A stretch of 62,894 bases of DNA, counting the filler. It is 9 parts of 9 records of this genome, joined end to end, with 100 filler letters (N's around TTAATTAATTAA, not from the genome) between each part and the next. Parts side by side here need not be neighbours in the genome. Positions count along the whole stretch, not along the records: positions 21,788 to 27,683 come from SRR20825010_5677; positions 27,784 to 35,108 come from SRR20825010_5683; 7 more parts are not named here. One strand, written 5' to 3'. The notes under the pieces were generated by a model, which had not been told where the DNA came from, did no database searches, and saw only the letters and a list, made by a program, of their open reading frames with translations. The stretch's first letter is position 1. Every line of letters starts with the position of its first letter. The position numbers were made by a program, and so were the translations under genes. Shown one piece after another: positions 22,910 through 33,700 of this stretch.

Positions 22910-24478
22910 TCAGAGCCCGAGCTTCTCGCCGAGGAACCCAGCCACGGCGTCGAGCGCGACGCGGTGCTGCTCGCCGCTGTCGCGGTCGCGGGCGGTGACG
23001 GTCTGGTCGGTCAGCGAGTCGCCGTCGACGGTGAAGCACCACGGGCACCCGGCCTCGTCCATGCGGGCGTACCGCTTGCCGATCGACTGCTTGGCGTCGG
23101 TCTCGATGAAGCCCGACCGCCCGAACCGCCGCTGCAGCTCGGCGTGGAGCTTCTCGGCGACCTCGGGCATGCCGTCCTTGTTGACCAGCGGGAAGACCGC
23201 CGCCTTGATCGGGGCAAGCCTGGGGTGGAGCTTCAGGATCTCGGGGCTGGGCCGGCTCTCGTCGCGGGTGTAGGCCTCGCAGAGCAGGGCCAGCACGCCC
23301 CGCGTCAGCCCGGCTGCGGGCTCGATGACGTCGGGCAGGTAGTGCTCGCCCTTGGGCTGGCCGTTCTTGGCCAGCTCGCCCCGGGTGTTGTCGAAGTACT
23401 GCAGCTTGGTCCGCGAGTGCTTCTCGTGCTGGCTGAGGTCGAAGTTGGACCGGTGGGCGACACCCTCAAGCTCGCCGAAGCCCGGCGCGGTAAAGGGGTA
23501 CTTGTACTCGACGTCGGCGGTGCCGGCGCCCTCTTTGGCGTAGTGGCTGAGCTCGTCCTTGTCGTGCTCGCGCATGATCAGGTTGTCGCTGGTCAGGCCG
23601 ATCGATTCCCACCAGCGCTTCCGCTCGGCCTGCCAGAACGTGTACCACTTGCGGGCGTCCTCGGGGTGGCAGAACCACTCCATCTCCATCTGCTCAAACT
23701 CGCGCGAGCGGAAGATGAAGTTCCGCGGCGTGACCTCGTTGCGGAACGCCTTGCCGACCTGCGCGATGCCGAAGGGGACCTTGACGCGGCTGGTGTCCAC
23801 CACGTTCTTGAAGTTGATGAAGATGCCCTGGGCGGTCTCGGGGCGGAGGTAGGCCTTGTTGTCCTCGCTCCGGATCGCACCGGTGTAGGTGTCGAACATG
23901 AGGTTGAACATGCGGGGCTCGGTCAGCGAGCCGGGCTCCTTCGCGTCGGGGCCGACCGTGCGGGCGAGCATCGCCGCGTCCGGCGCTTCGTTCTCGATGA
24001 CCTCGACGTCATCGTCACCGAGATCGCGTTTGACGTACTTGCCGAGCGCCTTGAGCGCCTGGGCCCGGCCCGCTTCGCTGCCCTCGACGAAGGCGAAGAG
24101 CCGGCCCTCGGCCTCGCCTTTGAGCCCCAGATATCGCAGATGGTCGGCGCGATAGCGCGACTTGCTCTCGCGGCAGTCCACCATCGGATCGTTGAACCCG
24201 CCCACATGCCCGCTCGCCTCCCACACCTTCGGGTTCTGGATGATCGAGCTGTCGAGGCCGACGATCTGGAGGCGTTCGCCGTCCGGGCCCTTGGGCGGGT
24301 TGAGGACCATCGCCTCCCACCAGGCGTCGCGGAGGTTGTTCTTGAGCTGCACGCCCAGCGGCCCGTAGTCCCAGAAGCCGTTGATCCCGCCGTAGATCTC
24401 GCTGGCGGGGTAGACGAACCCGCGCCGCTTGCAGAGCGAGACGATGTCTTCCATGGATTTCTGGGCGTTGTCGGTCAT
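22910..24478 (-). CDS. glyQS: Glycine--tRNA ligase (alpha2 dimeric type)
   Basis: IYGGINGFWDYGPLG, LRPETAQGIF, FRNEVTPRNFIFRSREFEQME, IGKRYAR; ATG at 24478. Confidence 0.96.
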   Translation of the reverse strand: MTDNAQKSMEDIVSLCKRRGFVYPASEIYGGINGFWDYGPLGVQLKNNLRDAWWEAMVLNPPKGPDGERLQIVGLDSSIIQNPKVWEASGHVGGFNDPMVDCRESKSRYRADHLRYLGLKGEAEGRLFAFVEGSEAGRAQALKALGKYVKRDLGDDDVEVIENEAPDAAMLARTVGPDAKEPGSLTEPRMFNLMFDTYTGAIRSEDNKAYLRPETAQGIFINFKNVVDTSRVKVPFGIAQVGKAFRNEVTPRNFIFRSREFEQMEMEWFCHPEDARKWYTFWQAERKRWWESIGLTSDNLIMREHDKDELSHYAKEGAGTADVEYKYPFTAPGFGELEGVAHRSNFDLSQHEKHSRTKLQYFDNTRGELAKNGQPKGEHYLPDVIEPAAGLTRGVLALLCEAYTRDESRPSPEILKLHPRLAPIKAAVFPLVNKDGMPEVAEKLHAELQRRFGRSGFIETDAKQSIGKRYARMDEAGCPWCFTVDGDSLTDQTVTARDRDSGEQHRVALDAVAGFLGEKLGL

Positions 24479-24522
24479 CGGGCGGGGCTCCTGGCGTGGG
24501 TCGTTGGGGGGGGATGGTAGGA

Positions 24523-24731
24523 AAGAGCCCCAAGCGTGAGCGCGTGGGCCCGGAAGAGCCCCAAGCGTGAGCGCGTGGGTCCGGTCGTGAGCGCGCGGGC
24601 CTCGTAGAGCCCCCCGCGCGAGCGGGGGAAACGGAATCTGGCGACGTGTCGATTGTCCCCTCGTCTGCACAAGGGGCTCTGTGGGGCGTGCCCCCACGCT
24701 CGCGTGAGGGGCTCCGTGCTCACCCGCGGGC
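24523..24731. repeat. Cluster of REP-like short palindromic repeats
   Basis: AAGAGCCCCAAGCGTGAGCGCGTGGG at 24523-24548 and 24554-24579, plus degenerate copies and GC hairpins to about 24731. Confidence 0.7.
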
Positions 24732-24732
24732 G

Positions 24733-25395
24733 TCAGGGTGCCGGGCGGATGATCCGGTCCCAGACCTCGGCCATGCCGATCGACTCAACATCCCGGTCGG
24801 CCTCGACGGTCACGGTGGCAAAGTCGGCGATCTTGGGCGACGGGGTGAGCTGCACCTTGGCCGTCTCGGCCACCTGCACGAGGCCGAGGGCCCCGCTTCC
24901 GGTCACGCTGATGACCCAGCGTCCCTCGCCGAGCTGGCGGTAGACCGCCTTGCCCATCCGCGCCTGCCCGTCGCCCTCGCCCCACAGCACCGGGCCGATT
25001 CCGGGGTCGATCACGACCCCCTGGCTCGGCGGCGTGTTGGCGTCGAAGACCCGCCTGATCCACAGGCGGCTGTCGCGGACGATGTAGTCCACGTAGACCT
25101 CGCCGGCGGGGTCGTAGGGGGTCTCGACCCGGCGGAGGATGCCGGTCTCGGAGACGACCAGCACGCTGAGCTTGCCGTCCTCAACCTGCAACTCGGTGAC
25201 CGCCGACTTGCGGACGGCCTCGTTGTAGGTGGTGCGGAGTCCCTCGTACTCGTGGGCGAGCGTGGCGAGTCGCGTCCGATAAATGTCGGCCGCGGCACCG
25301 GCGCGGATGTACTGATAGCCCAGGATGCCCGCCGCGGCGATGACCGCGAGCATGATCGAGGTGGAGATGGTCCGGGTGAGTGTGGCTACTGGCAT
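24733..25395 (-). CDS. Hypothetical membrane-anchored protein
   Basis: N-terminal TM then coiled coil; co-oriented with fabF and glyQS. Confidence 0.7.
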   Translation of the reverse strand: MPVATLTRTISTSIMLAVIAAAGILGYQYIRAGAAADIYRTRLATLAHEYEGLRTTYNEAVRKSAVTELQVEDGKLSVLVVSETGILRRVETPYDPAGEVYVDYIVRDSRLWIRRVFDANTPPSQGVVIDPGIGPVLWGEGDGQARMGKAVYRQLGEGRWVISVTGSGALGLVQVAETAKVQLTPSPKIADFATVTVEADRDVESIGMAEVWDRIIRPAP

Positions 25396-25521
25396 GGTGA
25401 TGGCGCTCCGCTGAATTCATCGGCGGGAAGGGCGATATGTCATCAGACAGCCGACGACGCCCGCGAGTTCTGTGATTTCGATGCCCGGCGGCAGAAAATC
25501 CGGCACCCCGTCCCGCGCCGA

Positions 25522-26874
25522 TCACCCAAACCGCTTGACCACCACCGTGTCGTTCTGCCCGCCGAAGCCGAAGCTGTTGGAGAGGCACGTCTCCACGCCG
25601 CCCGAGCCCGAGAGATCGCGGGCGGTGTTGGGGACGTAGTCCAGATCGAGGTCGGCATCGGCGTCGTGGAGGTTGACCGTCGGCGGCAGCACGCCGGTCC
25701 GGATCGCCTGCACGCAGGTGATCAGCTCGACCACCCCGGCGGCCTGGATCAGGTGCCCCATCATCGACTTGATCGAGCTGATCGCCACCCGCGGGGCCTG
25801 CTCGCCGAACGCGGCCTTGATCGCCTTGGTCTCGATCGAGTCGTTCTCCTTGGTGCCCGTGCCGTGGGCGGAGATGTAGTCCACCGGCGGCCGTCCGTCG
25901 CTCCGGGGCTGTGCCGGGTCGATCCCGGCCTGGTGCAGGGCGGCCAGCATGGCCGTCCGGGCCCCGCGCCCGTCCGGCTGCATGTCGGTGATGCGGAAGG
26001 CGTCGGCGGTCGAGCCGTAGCCGGCCAGCTCGGCCAGCGGCGTCGCGCCGCGGCGCTCGGCGCTTTCCAGCGACTCGAGCACCACGATTCCCGCACCCTC
26101 GCCCATGACGAACCCGTCCCGCGTCCGGCTGAAGGGCCGGGCGGCGGTCGTCGGGTCGTCGTTGCGGGTGCTCATGGCGGTCAGGCGGATGAACCCGGTC
26201 ATGCCGAGCGGGTGGATCATCGAGTGGGCGCCGCCGGCCAGCATGATGTCGGCGTCGCCCCGGCGGATGATCTCGCTGGCCTCGCCGACCGACTGGGTGC
26301 CCGCGGCACAGGCGGTCATGCAGTTGAACGCCGGGCCGCGGCACTGGAACGCCGAGGCCAGGTGCGAGAGCGCCGCGTTGGGCTCCTGTTCGATCTCGCG
26401 GATCGCGCTCATGCGCTGGTGGGCCGCCTGCGCCCAGCGGTCGCCGTCCACGCGCCGGTTGTCGGCGTTCCACCCGTCGAGGTTGGTCGCCCAGAAGGCG
26501 TCGTAGTCGAGCGAGCCCTCGCCGCCGCCGAGATAGAGCCCCACCCGCCGGGGCTCGGCCCCGCGGATCGGCTCTCCGGGCCCGCCGAGGCCGGCCTGCG
26601 TCCACGCCTGCGTCGCGGCCGCGAGGGCCATCTGGGTGCCGACGCCCGCCTGCGCGTGCCGCCGGGCCAGTGCTGTGGGGAGATGGTCGGGAAGGTCAAA
26701 CCCCTTCACCTCCGCCGCGAAGTTGGTGGTGAAGCTGGAGGCGTCAAACCGGGACACCGGGCCGATCGCGACCTCTCCGGCAGTCAGGCGGGACCACGCG
26801 CGGTCGATGGTGTGGCCCAGGGGCGTGATCCAGCCCATGCCGGTGATGACGATGCGGGGTGAAGCGGATGGCAT
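25522..26874 (-). CDS. fabF: Beta-ketoacyl-ACP synthase II family
   Basis: IVITGMG, catalytic TACAAG, HGTGT, KSMMGHL, SNSFGFGGQN. Confidence 0.9.
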   Translation of the reverse strand: MPSASPRIVITGMGWITPLGHTIDRAWSRLTAGEVAIGPVSRFDASSFTTNFAAEVKGFDLPDHLPTALARRHAQAGVGTQMALAAATQAWTQAGLGGPGEPIRGAEPRRVGLYLGGGEGSLDYDAFWATNLDGWNADNRRVDGDRWAQAAHQRMSAIREIEQEPNAALSHLASAFQCRGPAFNCMTACAAGTQSVGEASEIIRRGDADIMLAGGAHSMIHPLGMTGFIRLTAMSTRNDDPTTAARPFSRTRDGFVMGEGAGIVVLESLESAERRGATPLAELAGYGSTADAFRITDMQPDGRGARTAMLAALHQAGIDPAQPRSDGRPPVDYISAHGTGTKENDSIETKAIKAAFGEQAPRVAISSIKSMMGHLIQAAGVVELITCVQAIRTGVLPPTVNLHDADADLDLDYVPNTARDLSGSGGVETCLSNSFGFGGQNDTVVVKRFG

Positions 26875-27110
26875 CGTGAACTGTACGGAGGGTTGCGGCA
26901 GACCGCTCGGGCACGGAGTGTCGATCGGATCGGCCAAGTGTTCGGAATGTATTTGTATATTCAGGATAAAAAGCTGCTGAATATCACTGAATTGGGCTTG
27001 ACAGCGATAGGGGCGGTCACGAGACTTTTATAGTAGTCACTAACTTCTTCATCCGGTCATCGGTGCAGCGGTGTGGGCTGCTCGATGTGGCGGAGCAGAA
27101 AGGAAGCGTC

Positions 27111-27638
27111 ATGTGGAAATCAGGTGTGTTGGTACTCGCGGCGGCGGCGGTGCTCTTTGTGACGGGTGTGGGTTCGACGGGTGCGCAGCCGACACCGGCG
27201 CGTGAGCCCGCGTTCCGCGTCGGCACGTACGACAATCGTGCCATCGCGATCGCGTGGGTGCGTTCGGAATTCAGCGATCTCGGAGAGCTCCGTGAGCAGC
27301 TCGATGCTGCGGAGACGGCGGGCGACCAGGCGAAGATCGACGAACTCATGGAGCTCGGCCCCAAAGTCCAGCAGAAGCTGCACCTGCAGGGCTTCGGTCG
27401 CGCCCCGGTGTCGGACCTGCTCGAGGCGGTGCAGGATCGGCTGACGGAGGTGGCCGAGGAAACCGGCGTGGATGTCATCGTGTTTGAGTGCAACTTCGCG
27501 GGACCGGGCGTCGAGGTGGTGGACGTGACCGACGCGCTGGTGGAGCTGTTTTCACCGACCGTCGAGACGCGCACGACGATCGATGCGCTTCTCCGGAACG
27601 ACCCCGTGCCTCTGGAAGATCTCCACCCCGAGCATTGA
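27111..27638 (+). CDS. Secreted protein, OmpH/Skp-like
   Basis: Signal peptide; RVGTYD...VAEETGVDVIV...DVTDALV pattern resembles OmpH. Confidence 0.55.
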   Translation: MWKSGVLVLAAAAVLFVTGVGSTGAQPTPAREPAFRVGTYDNRAIAIAWVRSEFSDLGELREQLDAAETAGDQAKIDELMELGPKVQQKLHLQGFGRAPVSDLLEAVQDRLTEVAEETGVDVIVFECNFAGPGVEVVDVTDALVELFSPTVETRTTIDALLRNDPVPLEDLHPEH

Positions 27639-27783
27639 GCGCGTCGTGTGCGCCTGGCCGGGTCGGTCCCAGAGGGTCCGTTGNNNNNNNNNNNNNNNNN
27701 NNNNNNNNNNNNNNNNNNNNNNNNNNNTTAATTAATTAANNNNNNNNNNNNNNNNNNNNNNNNNNNNNNNNNNNNNNNNNNNN

Positions 27784-30700
27784 GTACGTAACGGTAAATC
27801 TGTACGTATACCTGGATAGAACACACCTTTCCTGGTAGGGTGCATGTTATACGTTACACGCCATGCATAAACTGAAATTAGTAAAGTGCTTACATAATAC
27901 ACTGTTTATGCTGAGTAGTATTACCCATGTCTATACCTGTAACCCCCACGTGTACATGGCGTGTTGTAAACACACAAAAAAAAAGTTATAGTTTATTACG
28001 ATTGTTTTGTTTGTGTAACATACTATGTGTGAGGGGTCATTCCCAGGAAAGGTGTGTTGCGTATGACGTCTATAAAAAGTATAAAACTTAAGTATACGTG
28101 CATACACCTTTCCTATATTAATATGTAGTATACTACGTAACACAAAAAATCAAAAAACGATATTACGTAATCAACAGGACGTCGCTACGGGGATATCCAC
28201 CTACTATTTTTTGTACGAGCTGAGCATAGTTGCTCGGGGAGGATATGACATGCAGGTTTACACCTTTCCAGGTAATGTACATATATATACAATACTTACA
28301 ATTCTCAAAAAAGTGAAATTCCACAGGTTAGCAGATGCTGTACCGTGTCGTAACGTATTGACTTATATGTTGTAACAGTATAAGGCGCAAAAGTTTACAG
28401 TTTAAACTACTTATATGTACCGTAACAATACTCTTTACCTGTTACGTGTGTTTCCACATGCTTGCCGTACATACAGGTTATGTATGTATTGTGGGATTGA
28501 TTGATGTTTGAAATCAATATAGTACAATGTCTTACAGGAAAGGTGTATCCGCGGGGGTGTATGTTGACATCAAACGTAATAAAAACGCAGTGGCGTTGTA
28601 CATAACTGTACAAGTGTATACTACGTAATGCGGCATACAAGTTATAACCCTGTTAAACAGCATGCACAATATAAATACATAATGTGCCACCTGTGTGTAC
28701 GTAAGTATTACTCCTATGACACTACATACATAGAAGTAAGTGTAGTTGCTGTCACATATATTTGAAATTTTTTTTGTATGTTTTGTTATAAATCTTTTAC
28801 TATCCGTTTTACAGGAAAGGTGTACACAGTTCTGTGTTGTTATACTTGCTGTACACGTTATGCATTAATACCATGGTTGAAGTGTCATCCTACATCACAT
28901 AACCAAAACACAGTAAACAACACATGAACATACTTAGTATTCGTCTTGTGTACTGTTACTGTTTTTGTTTGGTGTTGTTCATGTAATTACTGGATGATGT
29001 CTACACGGAAAGGTGTAGTTTACATTACACGTGTATAGTATGTTAAGCGCTGTTATCCGGGTGAGATACTTTCGGCCATACGGTCGACCTCTACTGTGGA
29101 GATGCTATACTACTGATACACCAGTACCAGGTACGCTCCGTATGCGGTACATGTAAACACGCGTATACCTACAGACGTGTACAGGGAAAGTACCTACCCG
29201 TAGCAATCGTGTGTTTAGTTACGAAATTTATGTTGTATTATTGCATATCATATCCGGATAGATTATCTCAGGAAAGGTGTAACCCCAATGGAACGCGGGG
29301 AATAACCTCCCTAAAAAAGAGAGAGCGTGCAATACGTACTACGGTATATGTTGTATGCGGTATCCGCAAGTATTACGTACGCCGTGTGTGTGTATATATG
29401 TACATGTACACCTTTCCGATAAGTATACAATGTTAATCATACTACAACAAATTTCAACAAACACGCAGTGCCAGTATACATGGTATACATAACAGACCCC
29501 GTGGTGATAATAATCAGGGATGTTCTATAATACACGACAAATAATAGACTTACATTTTACGTAACATACAGTGTATTATAACCATACTATGTAAGTTCGT
29601 CTTCCCGGGAAACAACGACCACCGTATGCATACGTGTGTGTAAACGTGTACCACGCAAAAGAATCAACTATGTATTGCATATTTTATGTTGTACGGTAAA
29701 CGACTAATCTAATTATTGTATGCACCTTTCCATTGCTGGCGTAACATGGATGTACGTACGTCAACACCCACACGAAACCTACAGTACATGGAAGTGTACA
29801 CGGTATCGTACATACAACCCTATTGTTGTATGGTATTGTACTGTCCTTCAAAAAAAAATGTAATGTATCTGAAAAAATCTACGCGGACAAATGTAATCAT
29901 ACGTAACGTACACCTTTCCTGGGGGAACGGATTCACGATGAATTACAAAAAACAAAAAATGTAAACGCACGTAATAACCCTCTATGCTTTTTTACGCATA
30001 TACGTGGTGATGGTAAGGTTAAATTTATTAAATACGGAAATACATGTAATACCGTAGTGTGTGTAATGCACGCGTACCGCACACGTCCGTAATGCAACAC
30101 ACACTTTTCGTGTAGTGTTTATTATTGTTTACATGCATCCCGTATTACGCATAAACAAAATTATCCCCATATTTTTTATTTTTTGTGTGTTTGGTGTAAC
30201 GTACACTATCCGTACAATTATCCGGAAAGGTGCATTAATATGTATTATACATACATTATGTTATAAGTTCGCGTACTTGTAATTCATACTTGCTATGTGT
30301 TGAACCCCGTTGATGTCACGGAGTGTAAACCATCCCCGCGCACGATGCAAATTTGAGCAATAACAACTTACTATACGTAGGTGCACACCTTTCCTACGTG
30401 TACATGCACGTAAGCTCTACAAAAAAACAACACCAACTACGTCTTTTTATAAATGTTGAGTCTTATCGGTACCGTGCGTAGTATAGCCTTGGTTTAACTA
30501 CGTATTAACTTAATCGATATAACACGAGCATACATTACCGGTGCACATCATCCAGTTTGAGTGTATTGCTTTTGTTTACTATTTTTTGTGCACACTGCGT
30601 ATTACATAGGAAAGGTGTATTGTGGCTGTTACGCGTAATGATACTACTTGCACTTACACTGTTGTATTAATACGACAATACGTACGCCGTAGTATTACCA

Positions 30701-33700
30701 GGGCCATGTGTGTGTAGGAAACGTTACATGCATTGTAAGTTTGGCTTTGTATTTATTGATTACAGTAACGTTGACCGGGACGCACTTACCTGGAAAGGTG
30801 TACGCAGATATTCCCATAGAAGTACGTCCTATAAGTTAAGTAACATACGCAGGGTATAGGGCATTAAATACTCTGTAAAATTATAAATGGTTACATAAAC
30901 GCGGTACGATATACCGTGCTGACTATCGCGTGACCAGCATATGTAATAGCATATTATACTTTTTCTTTTTTTTTGTTTGTTACAAATAATGGTGTCGTTG
31001 CAATTGTCGGAAAGGTGTAATGTCTGTAACGTGTATTGGTATGTTTTACTGTTGCTTGCGCATCTCGCGTAATAGTATCTGAGTCTTTACACGTACATCA
31101 GTAGGTCTTAACGCTCATAATAGACACTACGTGGTATGAGTTGGGTATATATCCCGGGTGTAAATATATTATTTCCGTATACTTATATACATTAAATCAT
31201 TTGGGTTTATATATATATACGTATACACATCATACGTGTACACACCTTTCCAACTTATATACATATACCGTATCCCGTAAAACAAACATAAACAACGTAA
31301 ATTTATATTGAGTACACACACCGTTTTTGTAGTGTTATGGGATTCCATAAATGCATACGTATACCCACACAAAAAATATAAAAAGTAGGGGTCCCATTTG
31401 GTGCAGACACAGTGTGGTGTAAACGTGTGCATTTTTCATAGTATGGGTATTCCGTTTCCGTTGCCACACCATTAATATATTGTATGTAGTGTAACACCTT
31501 TCCGGTAGTTTACAGTTATTAATGTTATCAAAAACATAAAAACATTGGAACAACACGTTATTAACTGTGTATAGCGTAAAATGTTATACACGTTGTTTGT
31601 GATATGGGTGATGCGTTACAAACGTACATATACGTAGATAAACTGTATGCACTAAACTCGTAGTAACAACGGAATACGCATTGATACTGAAAGCTGATAT
31701 GTGTAGTTCCTTTTTTCATAGAGTATACACTATGTAGATATACTACGCGTGTTACGTAGGATTACGTTAATTCTTCCATACCAGTAACTGCATATTGGGG
31801 TGGTATTTTAGTTTGGGATGTACAGTAATGTACAACGCACTACTTACTTAGGAAAGGTGTGGCGTGCATGCTGCATGCTATGTAGTTTTGTTATCATTTT
31901 GTTTTGTTGTGTCCGTTATTGTATATACCGACTTTATAGGAAAGGTGTAATTTATATTGTACGTACCAAGGCTACCACAACTCCGTGACTACGTGTAATA
32001 CACCCGGTAAAATATAACCTCTACACACAGGTACTGCGTAAAACAAGTCCCTGGGTATATATTAACACGGTACTTTACGCTACGTGTGTGGTGAAGATGT
32101 ACATCTGTTTGTTATTAACTTTTCGTGTTTTGTTGCTTTTATGTATATACTATAATGTCTGCAAACCGTAAGGAAAGGTGTCGTGCTACACCGGGGTTAC
32201 TGGACATGACCTTATTCTACTTATACACGTACAAGATACGATCACTGTATGCACCGTCTCAAAAAAAAACGGGATGTACGACTACCACGCATATGCGTGT
32301 ACACGATATGTGTGTGTACCACTGTACATGCCGCCAGGTATATATATATATACGAGCTTACGCTGATATTATTGTTGGATACGTGTATCGTATGCAGTAC
32401 ATAACGGAACTTATTTTTTTTAGAAAGACATACCGACAAGCAATGTACGCGATGTAGCTGACATAGCATGTACTACGTCCCCGAAGTGTTACCCTACTTG
32501 GTTTGTTGTTGCTTGTTATTTGTTTATGGCTTACATCACGTATAGGGAAAGGTGTTATGGATGTAAATCCATTTACAGGATAACATATTTATGTTATGCG
32601 TGGGTACACCTTTCCTGAGGAAATACACACCATCAAATAAACGTAGCAATCACACAAAAAGACGAGCGTATGTACACACCATGTTGAACGTATGTCACGT
32701 GGATAAGTATATATCACACGCAACTAATTCAGGGAACATACTACGTATAACGAAGTTTATTAATTGTTACTATTGACAACCGTGTACACACCTTTCCGTA
32801 TGTAAGATCACAATGCATTACAGGGCAACAACAAAACAAAACTAGTTCACATAGTATGTTGCGTTATTATCCGTGTGTAACAAAAACCGGGTACAATGAA
32901 AGTACACACACATGCAGTTTCCTCCATTTTGCAGATGTGGGTATGCGTTGCCTGTATACGCGTATTCCGGAAAGGTGTACACGTATACTAGTTCCACGTA
33001 TCACCGCCGTACAACGTGCACACCTTTCCAGAGCAGAGTTACATCCACCACGATATATGTATCCTTCAAAAAAACAAGATACATCCTCGTATGTGTGTAT
33101 AGTCACTGTGTATTGTGTGCTTGCCTGTTACGTGTATAGTGGTATGTTAGCTATTGCATAACCCGGGCATTACTGTGGGAATAATATAACACCCTACACA
33201 TTTTGGTGTTGGTATATGTAACTGTTGTCATATACGTAATTGTGGTGTATACTATTCTACCACACAGGGTTGTATACATATGAACACCTTTCCATACCAG
33301 TCATACATGTACGTAGTAAGGGGTCTTCCACAACATAAATATTACACACCTGGTGGGAGGTATTATACGTTGTGTAAGTGCACATCCGTCTATAGTATTA
33401 CTACTGTAATAGCAGTTACACCTTTCCTGTACACGTGTATTACACTCATATCGGGTGCAACAAACAAAAAACATTTCACGCATAGTAGGTATATATCATA
33501 GCAATATGCTATACGTAGGACGTAATATGCTTAACCGTATGTTTTATTATTTGTGTACACGTTATGTATTTGTCATCTGTTACTACGGAAAGGTGTACAC
33601 GTTGTGGAAGCTATTACTTCACGATTACAATAAAATGACATACACTATACACGTAGGACACTGCATGCACCTTTCCTGGGTGTGGTATGTACGCCACGTG

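Noticed and set aside
22244-26862. Very long + strand ORFs (758 aa and 738 aa)
   Set aside because: Antisense shadows of glyQS and fabF in high-GC DNA.
29911-29953. Resemblance to a V(D)J or Transib signal (CAC heptamer, spacer, ACAAAAA nonamer)
   Set aside because: Spacer length and the A-rich tract vary too much between units, and no recombinase or coding segments are present. Kept only as a remote alternative.
27976-31328. Encoded T-runs as unit terminators (27976-27984 on -, 28207-28212, 29988-29993, 31324-31328)
   Set aside because: They appear in only some units and at inconsistent distances, as expected by chance in AT-rich DNA.
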